A DNA stretch of 63,466 nucleotides, filler included, from Sphingomonadaceae bacterium (GCA_050261575.1; 4 parts of 4 records of this genome joined end to end with filler, not necessarily neighbours in it); one strand, 5' to 3'. Positions 48,744 to 59,378 are shown, counted from the whole stretch's first letter. Notes: a model not told the origin generated them from the sequence alone. Numbers and translations are program-made.

Positions 48744-50584
48744 ACCTTGTGCTCCTCGGCCTTTCCCAGCAACTCCTGAGCGCTGGCGATAGCCGAAGCG
48801 AACTCGGCCGTGCCGGCCAGCATGGTCGCCAGCTCCTCAACCCGAGGCTGTCCCTCGAGCAGCCTCACTGTGGTTCGGGTGCGCCCACCCTCGACGATCT
48901 TCGCCACAGACAGGTGCCGATCCGCCATGCAGGCGATCTGCGGCATGTGGGTGATGCACAGCACCTGGTGGCCCTCGGTCAGATCCCACAGCTTCTCCCC
49001 CACCCGAGCACCACTGCGAGCCCCGACTCCAACGTCGATCTCGTCGAACACCAGCGTCGGGATGGCGTCCGCCCGGCTAAGGATGCTCTTCAGCGCCAGC
49101 ATCAACCTGGCCATTTCGCCCCCACTGGCGATCTTGGCCAGCGGCTTCGGCTCTTCCCCCGGGTTGGGCGCTACCAGGAACTCCACCCGGTCCACCCCTG
49201 TCACCTCCACAGCCACCCTCGCCCCCTCTCCCTCAGGGAGAGGCGTGAACGTGCCGTCTTGCACGCTCACGCGCCGAGATCCCCCCACGTCCCTCCGAGA
49301 GAGGGCCGGGGTGAGGGCATCCACCACCTGGTACACAACCCCGGTCTCGTCCGGCGCCACCCCGAACGACACCTCGAACCGGGTCCCCTTCATGTTCAGC
49401 GCGCTCAACTCGCGCTGTACCTCCTCGGCGAGCCTCGCCGCCGCCTCCTTCCGCCTTGCGGAGAGGTCGCTCGCCAGCTTCCCTACCTCGGCCAGCAGGA
49501 CACTCTCCCTTTCCCGCAGCTCGCCCACGTAGTAGGCCCGGTTGGACAGCTTCTCCAGCTTCGCCTCCGCCTCGTCGCAGTAGGCGAGCACCTCCTCCAG
49601 GGTACGGCCGTACTTCCGTTTCAGCGAGGCCAGAAGCTCCAGCCGCTCTTCCACCTCGTTCAGCCGCTCCGGATCGTCCTCCACAGCCTCGGCATAGGAC
49701 CTGGCCCGCCGAGCTACCTCCTCCACCGCGTACAGCGCGCCCTCCAGCGCCTCTCTGTCGGGCTCCAGACTCGGATCCAGTCGCGCCAGTTCCAGGAACA
49801 CCCTCTCCGCCTGGGCCAGAAGGTCCGCCGCACCGGGCTGCTCCTCCCCACCCCCGGTCAATTGCCGCACCGAATGGGCGAGCTCCCGCAGCCGCTCGGC
49901 GTTTCGCAGCCGCACCCGCTCGGCCTGCAAGTGCTCCTCCTCCCCCACGGTCGGGCTCGCCGCGCGGATCTCCTCGATCTGATACCGCAGCAGGTCGATC
50001 TCCCGGGCCGACTCACGCTCGTCTCGCGTCATCTGCTCGATGTCGGCCCGCACCGTCCTCAGCTCCCTGACCCCGCGCGCCACCTCCTGCCGCAGATCCA
50101 TCAGCCCGGCGTACCGGTCCAGGTACTCCAGGTGCTCCCTCACCCTCAGCAGCGAGAGATGCTCGCTCTGCCCGTGGATGTCCACCAGCAACTGGCCGAC
50201 CTGCTGCAGCAACGACAGTGGCACGGCCCGACTGTTGATCCTCGCCACCGTCCGGCCGCTCCCGCGGTTGACCTCCCGACTGAGGATCAGCACCGCGTCG
50301 TCCACCTCGATCCCGTGCTCCACCAGCAACGACGTAACGGCATCCACCCCCGGCCCCCCGCCGCTACCCGGATTCAGCTCGAACACCGCCTCCGCCACGG
50401 TCTGCTCGGCCCCAGATCGGACCACCTCTGCGCCCACCCGCTGGCCCAACGCCGCGCCCAGGGCATCCACTATGATCGACTTTCCGGCCCCAGTCTCGCC
50501 CGTCAGCACGTTGAGGCCCGGGCCGAATCTCACCCGCAGCTCCTCGATGATCGCGAAGTTCTTTATGTACAGCTCCGACAGCAC
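48725..50584 (-). CDS. recN: DNA repair protein RecN
   Basis: LTGETGAGKS, DIHGQ, IASGGE, FDEID and CITH motifs. Carries an in-frame insert. Confidence 0.95.
   Translation of the reverse strand: MLSELYIKNFAIIEELRVRFGPGLNVLTGETGAGKSIIVDALGAALGQRVGAEVVRSGAEQTVAEAVFELNPGSGGGPGVDAVTSLLVEHGIEVDDAVLILSREVNRGSGRTVARINSRAVPLSLLQQVGQLLVDIHGQSEHLSLLRVREHLEYLDRYAGLMDLRQEVARGVRELRTVRADIEQMTRDERESAREIDLLRYQIEEIRAASPTVGEEEHLQAERVRLRNAERLRELAHSVRQLTGGGEEQPGAADLLAQAERVFLELARLDPSLEPDREALEGALYAVEEVARRARSYAEAVEDDPERLNEVEERLELLASLKRKYGRTLEEVLAYCDEAEAKLEKLSNRAYYVGELRERESVLLAEVGKLASDLSARRKEAAARLAEEVQRELSALNMKGTRFEVSFGVAPDETGVVYQVVDALTPALSRRDVGGSRRVSVQDGTFTPLPEGEGARVAVEVTGVDRVEFLVAPNPGEEPKPLAKIASGGEMARLMLALKSILSRADAIPTLVFDEIDVGVGARSGARVGEKLWDLTEGHQVLCITHMPQIACMADRHLSVAKIVEGGRTRTTVRLLEGQPRVEELATMLAGTAEFASAIASAQELLGKAEEHKVWKRRG
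49222..49318. repeat. In-frame palindromic element in recN
   Basis: CCCCTCTCCC..GGGAGAGG, GCGTGAACGTGC/GCACGCTCACGC and GAGAGGGCCGGGGTGAGGG segments. Confidence 0.75.
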
Positions 50585-50593
50585 TGGGACCCC

Positions 50594-51460
50594 CTACCTC
50601 TTCTTGAGGCCCTCGACCAGCGTCTCGTAGTATCGATTGGCGCTCCCGGTTCGGGCGAAGACGGTCCGCTCCCGGGCCCTCTCGATGACCACCGGCTGTC
50701 CGTTCCTCAGTGGGATCTGCACCTGGCCGTCCAGCACCAGCAGCGTCGGCTGGTCGGCGGAAGCTCGCACCTCGATCCGAGCCGACGTCGGCACGACCAG
50801 CGACCGCAGCACCGCCAGGTGAGCTGCCACCGGCACCACCACCATGCCCTCCACCCCCGGCGCCACCACAGGGCCGCCCGCCGACAGGGCGTAGGCCGTC
50901 GACCCCGTGGGTGTCGCCACCACGAGCCCGTCGGCCACGTAGTGAACCAGGTGCACCCCGTTCACAGACACGTCGATCTGGGCCACTCGCGGACTCGCCC
51001 CCCTGGCCACCACCACGTCGTTCAAGGCGATCAACGGGGAGCCCGCCGGGTCGTCGCGCTGCTGCCCGGACTCCACCTTGGCCGACAGCATCAGCCGCTC
51101 GTCGATCCAGTACTCGCCCCGCAGCACCTTGGGAAGCCAGTCGCAGGCATCGCCGGGCGGCAACTCAGTCAGGAAGCCCAGCTTCCCCATGCCTATCCCC
51201 AAGATCGGAACGCCCGTCCCCGCCAGCCACCTCGCCGCCCTGATGATGGTACCGTCGCCGCCGAACGTCACCACCAGGCGCACCCCATCTTTGGCGGCCA
51301 CGGGCCCCAGCTCCCAGGCCGAGATCAGTCTGGGGACCAGCCCCTCTGCCTCGACGAGTCTCGCGCACTGCTCAGCCAGCCGCCGGGCCTCCTGCAGCAT
51401 CGGCTGGAACACCAGTACCACGACCTGCTCGCCACCGTCCATCTTTCGAGCCTTCGGCAT
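50594..51460 (-). CDS. nadK: NAD kinase
   Basis: GGDGT, GKLGFL, LND and DGLVVATPTGSTAYALSAGGP motifs. Start uncertain. Confidence 0.92.
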   Translation of the reverse strand: MPKARKMDGGEQVVVLVFQPMLQEARRLAEQCARLVEAEGLVPRLISAWELGPVAAKDGVRLVVTFGGDGTIIRAARWLAGTGVPILGIGMGKLGFLTELPPGDACDWLPKVLRGEYWIDERLMLSAKVESGQQRDDPAGSPLIALNDVVVARGASPRVAQIDVSVNGVHLVHYVADGLVVATPTGSTAYALSAGGPVVAPGVEGMVVVPVAAHLAVLRSLVVPTSARIEVRASADQPTLLVLDGQVQIPLRNGQPVVIERARERTVFARTGSANRYYETLVEGLKKR

Positions 51461-51624
51461 CCTCTCTCCGTTCAGCAATCAGCATGGAGCCTGGGTTGTC
51501 CCAACCCAGGCGGTCGAAGGCCACGTGCTGCCAGATGTCGACGCCCGCGATACGTCGGGGGGGGCCCCACCCCGACTCCGAAGGGTCACAACTCCAACCA
51601 GCCGCCGGCACCCAGCACCCGGCC

Positions 51625-52422
51625 TCAGTCCTCAGTCTTCAGTCCTGACTCGCCGACCGCCGCCTCTATCTGCGCCCCCACGTCGGGACTGCTCGACTCG
51701 CCCGGCACGATCAAGGCGAGGTACTCCACGTTCCCCGCAGGTCCTCTGATGGGCGAGATTGTCACCCTCCGCACGCCCATCCCCTCGCGGTCCGCCCACT
51801 CCACCATGGCGCGCAACACCGACCTGTGGACCTCCGGATCGCGCACCACTCCGCCCTTCCCAACCTGTTCGCGGCCTGCCTCGAACTGCGGCTTCACCAG
51901 CAGCACGATCATCCCACCCTCGCAGAGCAACCGCGCCACCGCAGGAAGGATCAGGCGCGCCGAGATGAAGGATACGTCCATCACCGCCAGGTCGGCCGGC
52001 TCCGGTAGCCCCGTCAGGTACCTGGCGTTGGTCCGCTCCATCACCACTACCCTCGGGTCGGTGCGCAGACGCCAATCCAACTGGCCGTACCCCACATCCA
52101 CCGCGTACACCCGCGCTGCCCCGCGCTGCAGCAGACAATCGGTGAACCCACCGGTGGAGGCCCCCACGTCCACCACGACCCGCCCAGACACATCCACCCC
52201 GAAGGCTTCCAGCGCCTTCTCCAGCTTCAAACCGCCCCGGCTCACGTACCTGGGTGGCGCCGCAACGGCCAGCGGGGAGCCCTCGTCCACCTTCGTGCCG
52301 GGCTTGTCTACCACCTCGCCACCCGCCGTCACGGAGCCGGCCATGATGAGCGCCCGAGCCTGCTCACGAGTCGCAGCGAGCCCCTTCTCCACCAGCAGCA
52401 AATCGATCCGCTTCCGCAACAC
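51625..52422 (-). CDS. tlyA: TlyA rRNA methyltransferase
   Basis: S4 domain, YVSRGGLKL, DVGASTGGFTD and KPQFE motifs. Confidence 0.95.
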   Translation of the reverse strand: MLRKRIDLLLVEKGLAATREQARALIMAGSVTAGGEVVDKPGTKVDEGSPLAVAAPPRYVSRGGLKLEKALEAFGVDVSGRVVVDVGASTGGFTDCLLQRGAARVYAVDVGYGQLDWRLRTDPRVVVMERTNARYLTGLPEPADLAVMDVSFISARLILPAVARLLCEGGMIVLLVKPQFEAGREQVGKGGVVRDPEVHRSVLRAMVEWADREGMGVRRVTISPIRGPAGNVEYLALIVPGESSSPDVGAQIEAAVGESGLKTED

Positions 52423-52429
52423 TCACCAC

Positions 52430-52468
52430 AAACAGAAAAGGACAGGAAAGAGCTTTCGCCTCCTGTCC
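52430..52468 (-). terminator. Riboswitch-controlled intrinsic terminator
   Basis: GGACAGGA/TCCTGTCC stem followed by TTTTCTGTTT on the minus strand. Overlaps the 3' strand of aptamer-2 P1. Confidence 0.8.
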
Positions 52469-52636
52469 CGTCTACCTGAGAGATACTGCCCACCTCCCGG
52501 CTGGGCTATCCCCTTCGGTGCCCTCCTAACAGAGCGTCTCCAGGATCCTGTCCGGCTGCCGTCCTTCTGCCTGAGAGATTCCAGTCTACTGTCTTGCCCC
52601 TTCGGCGCCGCATTCGAGCGGTCTCTCCGGCAGCCA
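52461..52636 (-). ncRNA. Tandem glycine riboswitch
   Basis: Two aptamers, each with GGAGA...CCGAAGGGG...CTCTCAGG. Aptamer-1 P1 is GGCTGCC/GGCAGCC. gcv genes lie downstream. Confidence 0.92.
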
Positions 52637-52927
52637 TCAACCAGGCGCTATTCTATTGACATCGTGAGTCTACCCGTCGGATAGCTCTCCCGTCAAGAGT
52701 AGCTGCCACGTGGGACGCGGCGCTACTCTCCGGGAGGCTCACTTGTCGGGTCGCCGGGGCGAAGCATTCGCCGCGGCGGATGCTTCGCCCCAGGCTCGGA
52801 CGGCAGGGAAGAAGCATCCCACCCACGGGCGGGGGAAGCGTCGGCGGTTGAGGCCGGTGCCACCGGGCAACGTCGAGGCGCCAATGCTTAGCCCCTACCA
52901 GGCCGAATCCTGCCGCTCGGGGCGAGT

Positions 52928-54715
52928 CTACCGCTCCAGACGATTCCGCAACTCCAGGAGCTGCCTCCTCAGTCTCTCGGGCAGCCGGTCGCCGAACCGG
53001 GCGAAGTGCCTTTCGATGTCCGGCACCTCCGCCCTCCAGGCCGCCTCATCTACCTGCAGCAGCTCCATCAGGTTCTCCCGCGGCAGGTCCAGTCCAGCCA
53101 GATCCAGGTCCCCGGGCTCGGGCAGCAGCCCGATAGGAGTCTCCCGCGCCCCGACCTTGCCGTCCACCCGGTCGCACATCCACTTCAGCACGCGACTGTT
53201 CTCACCGTATCCCGGCCACAGCCATTTGCCGTCCGCGCTCTTGCGGAACCAGTTCACGTAGAAGATCCTCGGGGCCTTCTCCCCAAGCCGGTCGCCCATC
53301 TCCAACCAGTGCCCGAAGTAGTCCCCCATGTTGTAGCCGCAGAACGGCTGCATTGCGAACGGATCCCGCCTGAGGTTGCCCACGGCCCCGATGGCGGCGG
53401 CAGTCGTCTCGGAAGACGCCGTCGCACCGAGGAACACGCCGTGATCCCAGTTGTAGGACTCCGTCACCAGCGGCACCACCCCAGCGCGTCGGCCGCCAAA
53501 GATGAAGATGTCGATCGGCACCCCCTCCGGCTTCTCCCAGTCTGGGGATATCACCGGACACTGCCGCGCCGGAACCGTGAAGCGGGCGTTGGGATGCGCG
53601 GCCGCACGGCCATTGCCGGGATGCCAGTCCTGCCCAGTCCAGTCCACCGCGTGATGCGGCGCGGAACCCATACCCTCCCACCACACGTCTCCATGATCGT
53701 CCAGCGCGCAGTTGGTGAAGATCACGTTCTCCCGCAACGTGTCCATCGCGGCCGGATTGGAATCGTAAGAGGTCCCCGGCGCCACACCGAAAAACCCGGC
53801 CTCCGGATTGATGGCGTACAGCCTGCCGTCTGGCCCGATCTTCATCCAGGCGATGTCGTCGCCGAGGCACTCCCCTTTCCAGCCAGGAACCGTGGGGTGG
53901 ATCATCGCCAGATTGGTCTTGCCGCACGCCGACGGGAACGCCGCGGCGATGTGGTACCGCCTACCCTCAGGGCTGGTGAGCCGGAGGATCAGCATGTGCT
54001 CCGCCATCCACCCCTCGCGCCTCGCCATCGCCGATGCGATCCGAAGCGCCAGGCACTTCTTACCCAGCAGCGCGTTCCCGCCGTAGCCAGACCCATACGA
54101 CCAGATCAGGTTCTCCTGCGGGAAGTGACTGATGTACTTCTGCTCCATCGGGGCACAGGGCCAGAGCACATCACTCTGCCCGTTCTGCAGGGGAGCGCCC
54201 ACGGAGTGGACGCAGGGGATGAACTCCCCATCGCTGCCCAGCGCCTCGATCACCTTCCGGCCGACCCTCGTCATGATGTGCATGCTGCACACGACGTAGG
54301 GGCTGTCCGTCACCTCCACGCCGATCTTCGCGATCGGTGAGCCGATCGGCCCCATGGAGAAGGGGATGACGTACATCGTCCGTCCCCGCATCGATCCGCG
54401 ATAGAGACCCTCCATCGTCCGCTTCAGTTCGTCGGGGTCGACCCAGTTGTTTGTGGGGCCGGCATCCTCCCGAGTCGGCGTGGCGACGTAGGTGCGGTCC
54501 TCCACCCTCGCCACATCGCTCGGATCGGAACGGAAAAGGAAGCTGTTGGGTCTCTTCGCCAGCGGTATGGCAGCGCCACTTGCTACCATCTGCCTCATCA
54601 GCCGGTCGTACTCTGGCTTGCTGCCGTCACACCAATACACGGCATCCGGCTGGCACATCTCCGCGACGCTCCGAACCCAATCAGTCAGTCCCTTGTGATT
54701 GACAACGTAAGACAC
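52928..54715 (-). CDS. pckG: Phosphoenolpyruvate carboxykinase (GTP)
   Basis: [33 protein letters not shown] and HPNARF motifs. Confidence 0.95.
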   Translation of the reverse strand: MSYVVNHKGLTDWVRSVAEMCQPDAVYWCDGSKPEYDRLMRQMVASGAAIPLAKRPNSFLFRSDPSDVARVEDRTYVATPTREDAGPTNNWVDPDELKRTMEGLYRGSMRGRTMYVIPFSMGPIGSPIAKIGVEVTDSPYVVCSMHIMTRVGRKVIEALGSDGEFIPCVHSVGAPLQNGQSDVLWPCAPMEQKYISHFPQENLIWSYGSGYGGNALLGKKCLALRIASAMARREGWMAEHMLILRLTSPEGRRYHIAAAFPSACGKTNLAMIHPTVPGWKGECLGDDIAWMKIGPDGRLYAINPEAGFFGVAPGTSYDSNPAAMDTLRENVIFTNCALDDHGDVWWEGMGSAPHHAVDWTGQDWHPGNGRAAAHPNARFTVPARQCPVISPDWEKPEGVPIDIFIFGGRRAGVVPLVTESYNWDHGVFLGATASSETTAAAIGAVGNLRRDPFAMQPFCGYNMGDYFGHWLEMGDRLGEKAPRIFYVNWFRKSADGKWLWPGYGENSRVLKWMCDRVDGKVGARETPIGLLPEPGDLDLAGLDLPRENLMELLQVDEAAWRAEVPDIERHFARFGDRLPERLRRQLLELRNRLER

Positions 54716-55266
54716 CGGCTCCTCCTGTAGAGAAATCGTGGGGAGGCTGCCCCGTCAGAAGGAGGACTCACCCCCAATGGCACTGGGAGATACCTCCTGC
54801 TCTGGCGGGCGACGAAGCGGTCTGCGGGCAGGTGGGCGACGGGCCCTCGCAACTCCCGGTTCGCACCTTGCGGGGCACAGTCGCGCCGCCCTCTGTGGAA
54901 GGCGGCGCACTCGCTCACATGAGACGTGAGGATGTGCCGAGGAGAGTGCCTACCCGGTGGCAGCGTGCCAACCGTCGGGAAGAAATCGAAAACCTCCCCC
55001 ATATAACAGGATACCACGGCCTTGTCCAGATGTCATCTATCCTGTTGTCGCTCTACAGGCCACCTTTGCCAGTCCGCCGGTCGTCCTGGACGTGGGTTGC
55101 GAGGGCGGCGACCCGTCACTGTTCCCCCAACGGCTGGACCTCGTGAACCATGCCTGCTGCAGCCGGCCCACTGAGTGCTAATATGGTCCCACCGGCGATG
55201 CCACGCGGACATGCCGGCCGCATGCCCGATGGTACCGACCCGTCCTGCTCGCCTGGGAGGTGACAG

Positions 55267-56286
55267 ATGGAAACCCCGACCAACATGCGCGCGATGGTCC
55301 TGGAGGCCACTGGCCAGCCACTCCGCGCGATGGAACTCCCGGTACCTCGCCCCGGCCCGGGACAGCTTCTCCTTCGCGTTCACGCCTGCGGCGTGTGCCG
55401 CACCGACCTTCACATCGTCGATGGCGAGCTTCCCCACCCCAAGCTACCCCTGGTGCCCGGCCACGAGATCGTCGGAACCGTCGTCGGGCTGGGGGCCGGC
55501 ACCCGGCGCTTCCGCCCGGGGGACCGCGTCGGTGTCCCCTGGCTCGGGTACACCGACGGAACCTGCCGCTTCTGTCGCCGGGGGCGCGAGAACCTGTGCG
55601 ACAACGCCCTCTTCACCGGCTACACACTGGACGGTGGCTACGCCGAGTACGCCGTCGCCTTCGAGCGGTACTGCCTCCCCGTTCCCTCGACCTACACCGA
55701 CGACGAGGCCGCCCCACTCCTCTGCGCCGGACTGATCGGCTACCGCACTTACCGTTTGGCTGGCGACGGGGTCGAGCGACTCGGCATCTACGGCTTCGGG
55801 GCCGCCGCGCATATCGTTGCCCAGATCGCCGTCCACCAGGGGAAGAAGGTCTACGCCTTCACACGCCCCGGCGACGAAGCCGGCCGCCGCTTCGCCCTCA
55901 GCCTAGGCGCCACGTGGGCAGGATCGTCGAATGAGCTACCCCCCGATCAGCTCGACGCAGCCCTCATCTTCGCCCCCGTCGGCGCGCTCGTCCCCGCGGC
56001 CCTCCGCGCCTCCGACAAAGGCGCCGCTATCGTGTGCGGCGGGATCCACATGAGCGATATCCCCTCCTTCCCATACCGCCTCCTGTGGGAGGAGCGCTCC
56101 GTGCGCTCGGTGGCGAACCTCACCCGCCAGGACGGCGAGCAGTTGATGGAGCTCGCTCCCAAGGTGCCCGTCCGAACCCACGTCCATGCCTTTCCGCTGG
56201 AGGAGGCCAACCACGCCCTCGACCTGCTCAGGGCAGGCCGCATCGAAGGCGCCGCCGTCCTCGTCGTGAGTCCCCGGCCCGAGTGA
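55267..56286 (+). CDS. Zn-dependent alcohol dehydrogenase (AdhP-like)
   Basis: CGVCRTDLH, GHEIVG, structural Zn cysteines and GIYGFG. Confidence 0.9.
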   Translation: METPTNMRAMVLEATGQPLRAMELPVPRPGPGQLLLRVHACGVCRTDLHIVDGELPHPKLPLVPGHEIVGTVVGLGAGTRRFRPGDRVGVPWLGYTDGTCRFCRRGRENLCDNALFTGYTLDGGYAEYAVAFERYCLPVPSTYTDDEAAPLLCAGLIGYRTYRLAGDGVERLGIYGFGAAAHIVAQIAVHQGKKVYAFTRPGDEAGRRFALSLGATWAGSSNELPPDQLDAALIFAPVGALVPAALRASDKGAAIVCGGIHMSDIPSFPYRLLWEERSVRSVANLTRQDGEQLMELAPKVPVRTHVHAFPLEEANHALDLLRAGRIEGAAVLVVSPRPE

Positions 56287-56535
56287 TCCGGCGGTCTTCT
56301 AGCGGTGCAGCGTGCCAGCATCGCAGCTCCGAAGAGGGCCGCGGCTTGTCACGCGAGCACCGCACTGCGCCCCGGCGCCCGGCGGCATGGGATCAGCCCT
56401 TGCCCCACTCAGGGAGAGGCACGAGCAGGTGCCACGCAGGGCAGCGGCCATCGGGTGCTTGAACATCCGTCGAGAGGCGGAATAGAATAGGCCTAATGGT
56501 GTGACGAACATGGACTCACGAAAGGAGCGCGGTCA

Positions 56536-57456
56536 ATGAAGATCTCGATGATCGGTGCCGGTAGGGTGGGCTCCACCACGCTGTACACCCTGCTGCTCGA
56601 GGGCGGCATTACGGAGATGGTGATCGTCGACGTCGACAAGCCCAGGGCCGAAGGAGAGGCGCTGGACCTCCGCCATGCCCTGGCACTCACTCAGAACTGC
56701 AAGATCACCGCGGGGGACTACGACGCAACCGAGGGGTCCGACATGGTGATCATCACGGCTGGCATCCCCAGAAAGCCGGGCGACACCAGGCTGGACCTCC
56801 TCAAGCGTAACACCGAGTTGATGGGCGGCATCCTCGAGGGCGTTCTGAAGTACAATAAGGACACCTTCCTCTTCATGGTCTCCAACCCCGTCGACGTCCT
56901 CACCTTCCAGGCGCTCAAGACCTCCGGTTTCCCTGCCAACAAGGTCTTCGGGCTCGGGACCGTGCTCGACACGAACCGCTTCAGGGCACTCCTCGGCGAG
57001 CGGCTCGGGGTCTCGCCAGACCAGGTCGTTGTCTACATGATGGGCGAGCACGGCGACAGCATGGTGCCCGTGATCTCCCACGCCACTGTCGCCGGCATCC
57101 CACTCCAGCAGTTCCCGGGATTCTCCAACGAGATGCTCGAGGAGGTGATAACCGCCACCCGCTTCGGCGGCGCCGAGGTGATCAAGCGGAAAGGCGGCAC
57201 TTTCTACTCCGTCGCCCCGTCCATAGCGTCCGTGGTGCGCGCGGTCAAGAACGACCAGAAGAAGGTCCTCCCTATATCTTCCCTGATCGACGGCTGGTAC
57301 AAGGACCTGAAGGGCATGACCATCTCGCTCCCCTGCGTCGTCGGGAAGAACGGCCGCGAGAAGGTGCTGGATCCGCTCTTCTCGGAGAGCGAGGCCGCCC
57401 AGTTCGAGAACTCCTTCAAGGTGCTCAAGGAGGCGGCCGCGTCGGTGGGCCTGTAG
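56536..57456 (+). CDS. mdh: Malate dehydrogenase (LDH-like)
   Basis: GAGRVG, TAGIPRKPG (Arg at the specificity site, where LDH has Gln), GEHGD. Next to fumarase genes. Confidence 0.8.
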   Translation: MKISMIGAGRVGSTTLYTLLLEGGITEMVIVDVDKPRAEGEALDLRHALALTQNCKITAGDYDATEGSDMVIITAGIPRKPGDTRLDLLKRNTELMGGILEGVLKYNKDTFLFMVSNPVDVLTFQALKTSGFPANKVFGLGTVLDTNRFRALLGERLGVSPDQVVVYMMGEHGDSMVPVISHATVAGIPLQQFPGFSNEMLEEVITATRFGGAEVIKRKGGTFYSVAPSIASVVRAVKNDQKKVLPISSLIDGWYKDLKGMTISLPCVVGKNGREKVLDPLFSESEAAQFENSFKVLKEAAASVGL

Positions 57457-57547
57457 TGCCCGTCAGCAGCGAGTGTCGAGTGCTGGGCTCCGCGGGCCGT
57501 GGCCTCAGCACTCGACGCCCACACCAATGCTGTTGGAGGTGACTGCC

Positions 57548-58417
57548 GTGCCAAGTGTGAGCGCCGAGGCGATCACGGAGAAGGTGCGGGAACTCTGCAT
57601 CGCGGCCGCCTACGAGCTGCCGCAGGATGTCGTCCACTCCCTTGGTCGCGCGATGGAGATCGAGGAATCCCCTCAGGGTAAGGCGATCTTCGACGAACTG
57701 TTGACGAACGCCCGAGTGGCCTCGACCGAGCGAATCCCCTACTGCCAGGACACTGGCATGGTGACGGTGTTCGTCAGGAAGGGACCGGGGGTCACGATCG
57801 AGGGCGGTACCCTGACTGCCGCCATAAACGAGGGAGTCCGTCGTGGCTACACCGAGGGCTACCTCCGCGCGAGCGTCGTGGCCGAGCCCCTCTTCGAGCG
57901 GGCCAACACTCGCGACAACACTCCGGCCATCATCCACATAGAGGAGAGCGAGCGGGACGAGTTGGTTATCACCGTAGTCCCAAAGGGCGCAGGCAGCGAG
58001 AACATGAGCAGGGTCGTCATGCTCGCGCCCTCTGCCGGATGGGAAGTCATAAAGCGAGAGGTCGTCGAGGCCGTGCGGAAGGCTGGTGCCAACCCCTGTC
58101 CACCCATCGTCGTCGGCGTGGGCATCGGGGGCAACTTTGAGATGTGCGCGTACCTCGCCAAGAAGTCTCTCGTGCGTGACGTGGACGAGCCCAATCCGGA
58201 TCCTCGGATCGCCGCCCTCGAGCGGGAGCTGCTGGAGGAAGTCAACGCAACCGGCATCGGCCCCGCGGGCCTCGGTGGCACCGTCACCGCGCTGGCCGTC
58301 CACATCGAGACCTACCCCACCCACATCGCCACCCTGCCGCTCGGCATCAACCTCGGATGCCACGCCTACCGTCACAAGAGCGCGGTGCTGCTAGGAGGTG
58401 ACAGAAGCCATGGGTGA
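57548..58417 (+). CDS. Class I (Fe-S) fumarate hydratase alpha subunit
   Basis: CQDTG, KGAGSEN, PCPP.VVGVGIGG, GIGPAGLGG and CHA.R motifs. Confidence 0.9.
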   Translation: MPSVSAEAITEKVRELCIAAAYELPQDVVHSLGRAMEIEESPQGKAIFDELLTNARVASTERIPYCQDTGMVTVFVRKGPGVTIEGGTLTAAINEGVRRGYTEGYLRASVVAEPLFERANTRDNTPAIIHIEESERDELVITVVPKGAGSENMSRVVMLAPSAGWEVIKREVVEAVRKAGANPCPPIVVGVGIGGNFEMCAYLAKKSLVRDVDEPNPDPRIAALERELLEEVNATGIGPAGLGGTVTALAVHIETYPTHIATLPLGINLGCHAYRHKSAVLLGGDRSHG

Positions 58418-58568
58418 TGCGATCAGACTGAGCATGCCCTTGGAACGTGGCGAGTTGAAGCGCCTTCGGGCAGGCGATCGGGTCCTCCTGAATGGCAGGA
58501 TGCTGACCGGTCGGGATGCGGCCCACAAGCGACTCTACGACCTGCTGTCAGAGGGCAAGGAGCTCCCC
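58410..58568 (+). CDS. Class I fumarate hydratase beta subunit, N-terminal part (truncated)
   Basis: LRAGDRVLLNG..TGRDAAHKRL. Confidence 0.85.
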
Positions 58569-58668
58569 NNNNNNNNNNNNNNNNNNNNNNNNNNNNNNNN
58601 NNNNNNNNNNNNTTAATTAATTAANNNNNNNNNNNNNNNNNNNNNNNNNNNNNNNNNNNNNNNNNNNN
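58569..58668. other. Artificial contig-join linker
   Basis: N-run, TTAATTAATTAA, N-run. Confidence 0.95.
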
Positions 58669-58829
58669 CCCCCCTGGGGGTGCGGCCGCGGGCGGGGGGG
58701 GGGGGGGCCGGCGTGGGCCATTGGGGGGGGGGCGGCGGGGCCCCCCCGCCCCCCCCGGCTCAGGAACGTCGAGCGCCATGGTAGAATACGGGATGGTGGG
58801 GATCGCGGCAGAAGACGGGAGGAGTAGGG

Positions 58830-59315
58830 GTGTTATCGGCAGAGAGGGTGCGCGTGCTGTTGTGGGAATGGCTCCCAGCAGCGGCGATGATGGCCCTCAT
58901 CTTCTTTCTGTCGTCCCAGTCCGCCCTGCCGGGGCCCGAGGAGAAGAGTCTGGACTTCCTGCTCAAGAAGCTAGGCCACGTCCTCGCCTACGGCGCGGTG
59001 TCCCTCTCCTACCTCCGCGCCGTGCACCGGACCCAGCGCCCCTTCCTCCTGGCCTTCCTGTTGACGCTGCTCTACGCCGTCAGTGACGAGTTCCACCAAT
59101 CGCTGGTGCCTCTGAGGGAGGGCACGGTGCGGGACGTGGTGATCGACTCCTTGGCGGCCGCCGCTGCACTGCGGGGGGTCGCGCAACTGCTGACGGGGGC
59201 ACAGGGGCGGTGGAGAAGCCTGGCGGAGGCACTGGTAAGCCCGCGGGGCAGCAGGCGAGGCATGGAGTCCCGCTCCCGGAGTGGGGCGAGGACCTGTCCT
59301 CCCGCCGCCAACTAG
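58830..59315 (+). CDS. VanZ family protein
   Basis: IFFLSSQ, KLGH..AY and YAVSDEFHQS.VP.R.G..RDV motifs. Confidence 0.85.
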   Translation: MLSAERVRVLLWEWLPAAAMMALIFFLSSQSALPGPEEKSLDFLLKKLGHVLAYGAVSLSYLRAVHRTQRPFLLAFLLTLLYAVSDEFHQSLVPLREGTVRDVVIDSLAAAAALRGVAQLLTGAQGRWRSLAEALVSPRGSRRGMESRSRSGARTCPPAAN

Positions 59316-59378
59316 CCGAGAGGCACCTTGCGGCTGGGGATGAACCCCTGCCCCAGCCGCACGCCAGTAACGAGGCGT

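Noticed and set aside
48749..52684. 1,311-aa plus-strand ORF and many other long overlapping ORFs
   Set aside because: Antisense shadows of recN, nadK, tlyA and other high-GC genes, with no domain motifs.
54716..55266. Long intergenic region between divergent pckG and adh as an ncRNA or riboswitch
   Set aside because: No recognisable aptamer consensus. Compatible with ordinary divergent promoters.
56536..57456. L-lactate dehydrogenase call
   Set aside because: The PRKPG arginine and the fumarase neighbours favour malate dehydrogenase.
30267..58668. Three identical TTAATTAATTAA palindromes inside N-runs
   Set aside because: Artificial all-frame-stop contig linkers. Gene adjacency across them (e.g. 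BREX next to ICMT) is not biological evidence.
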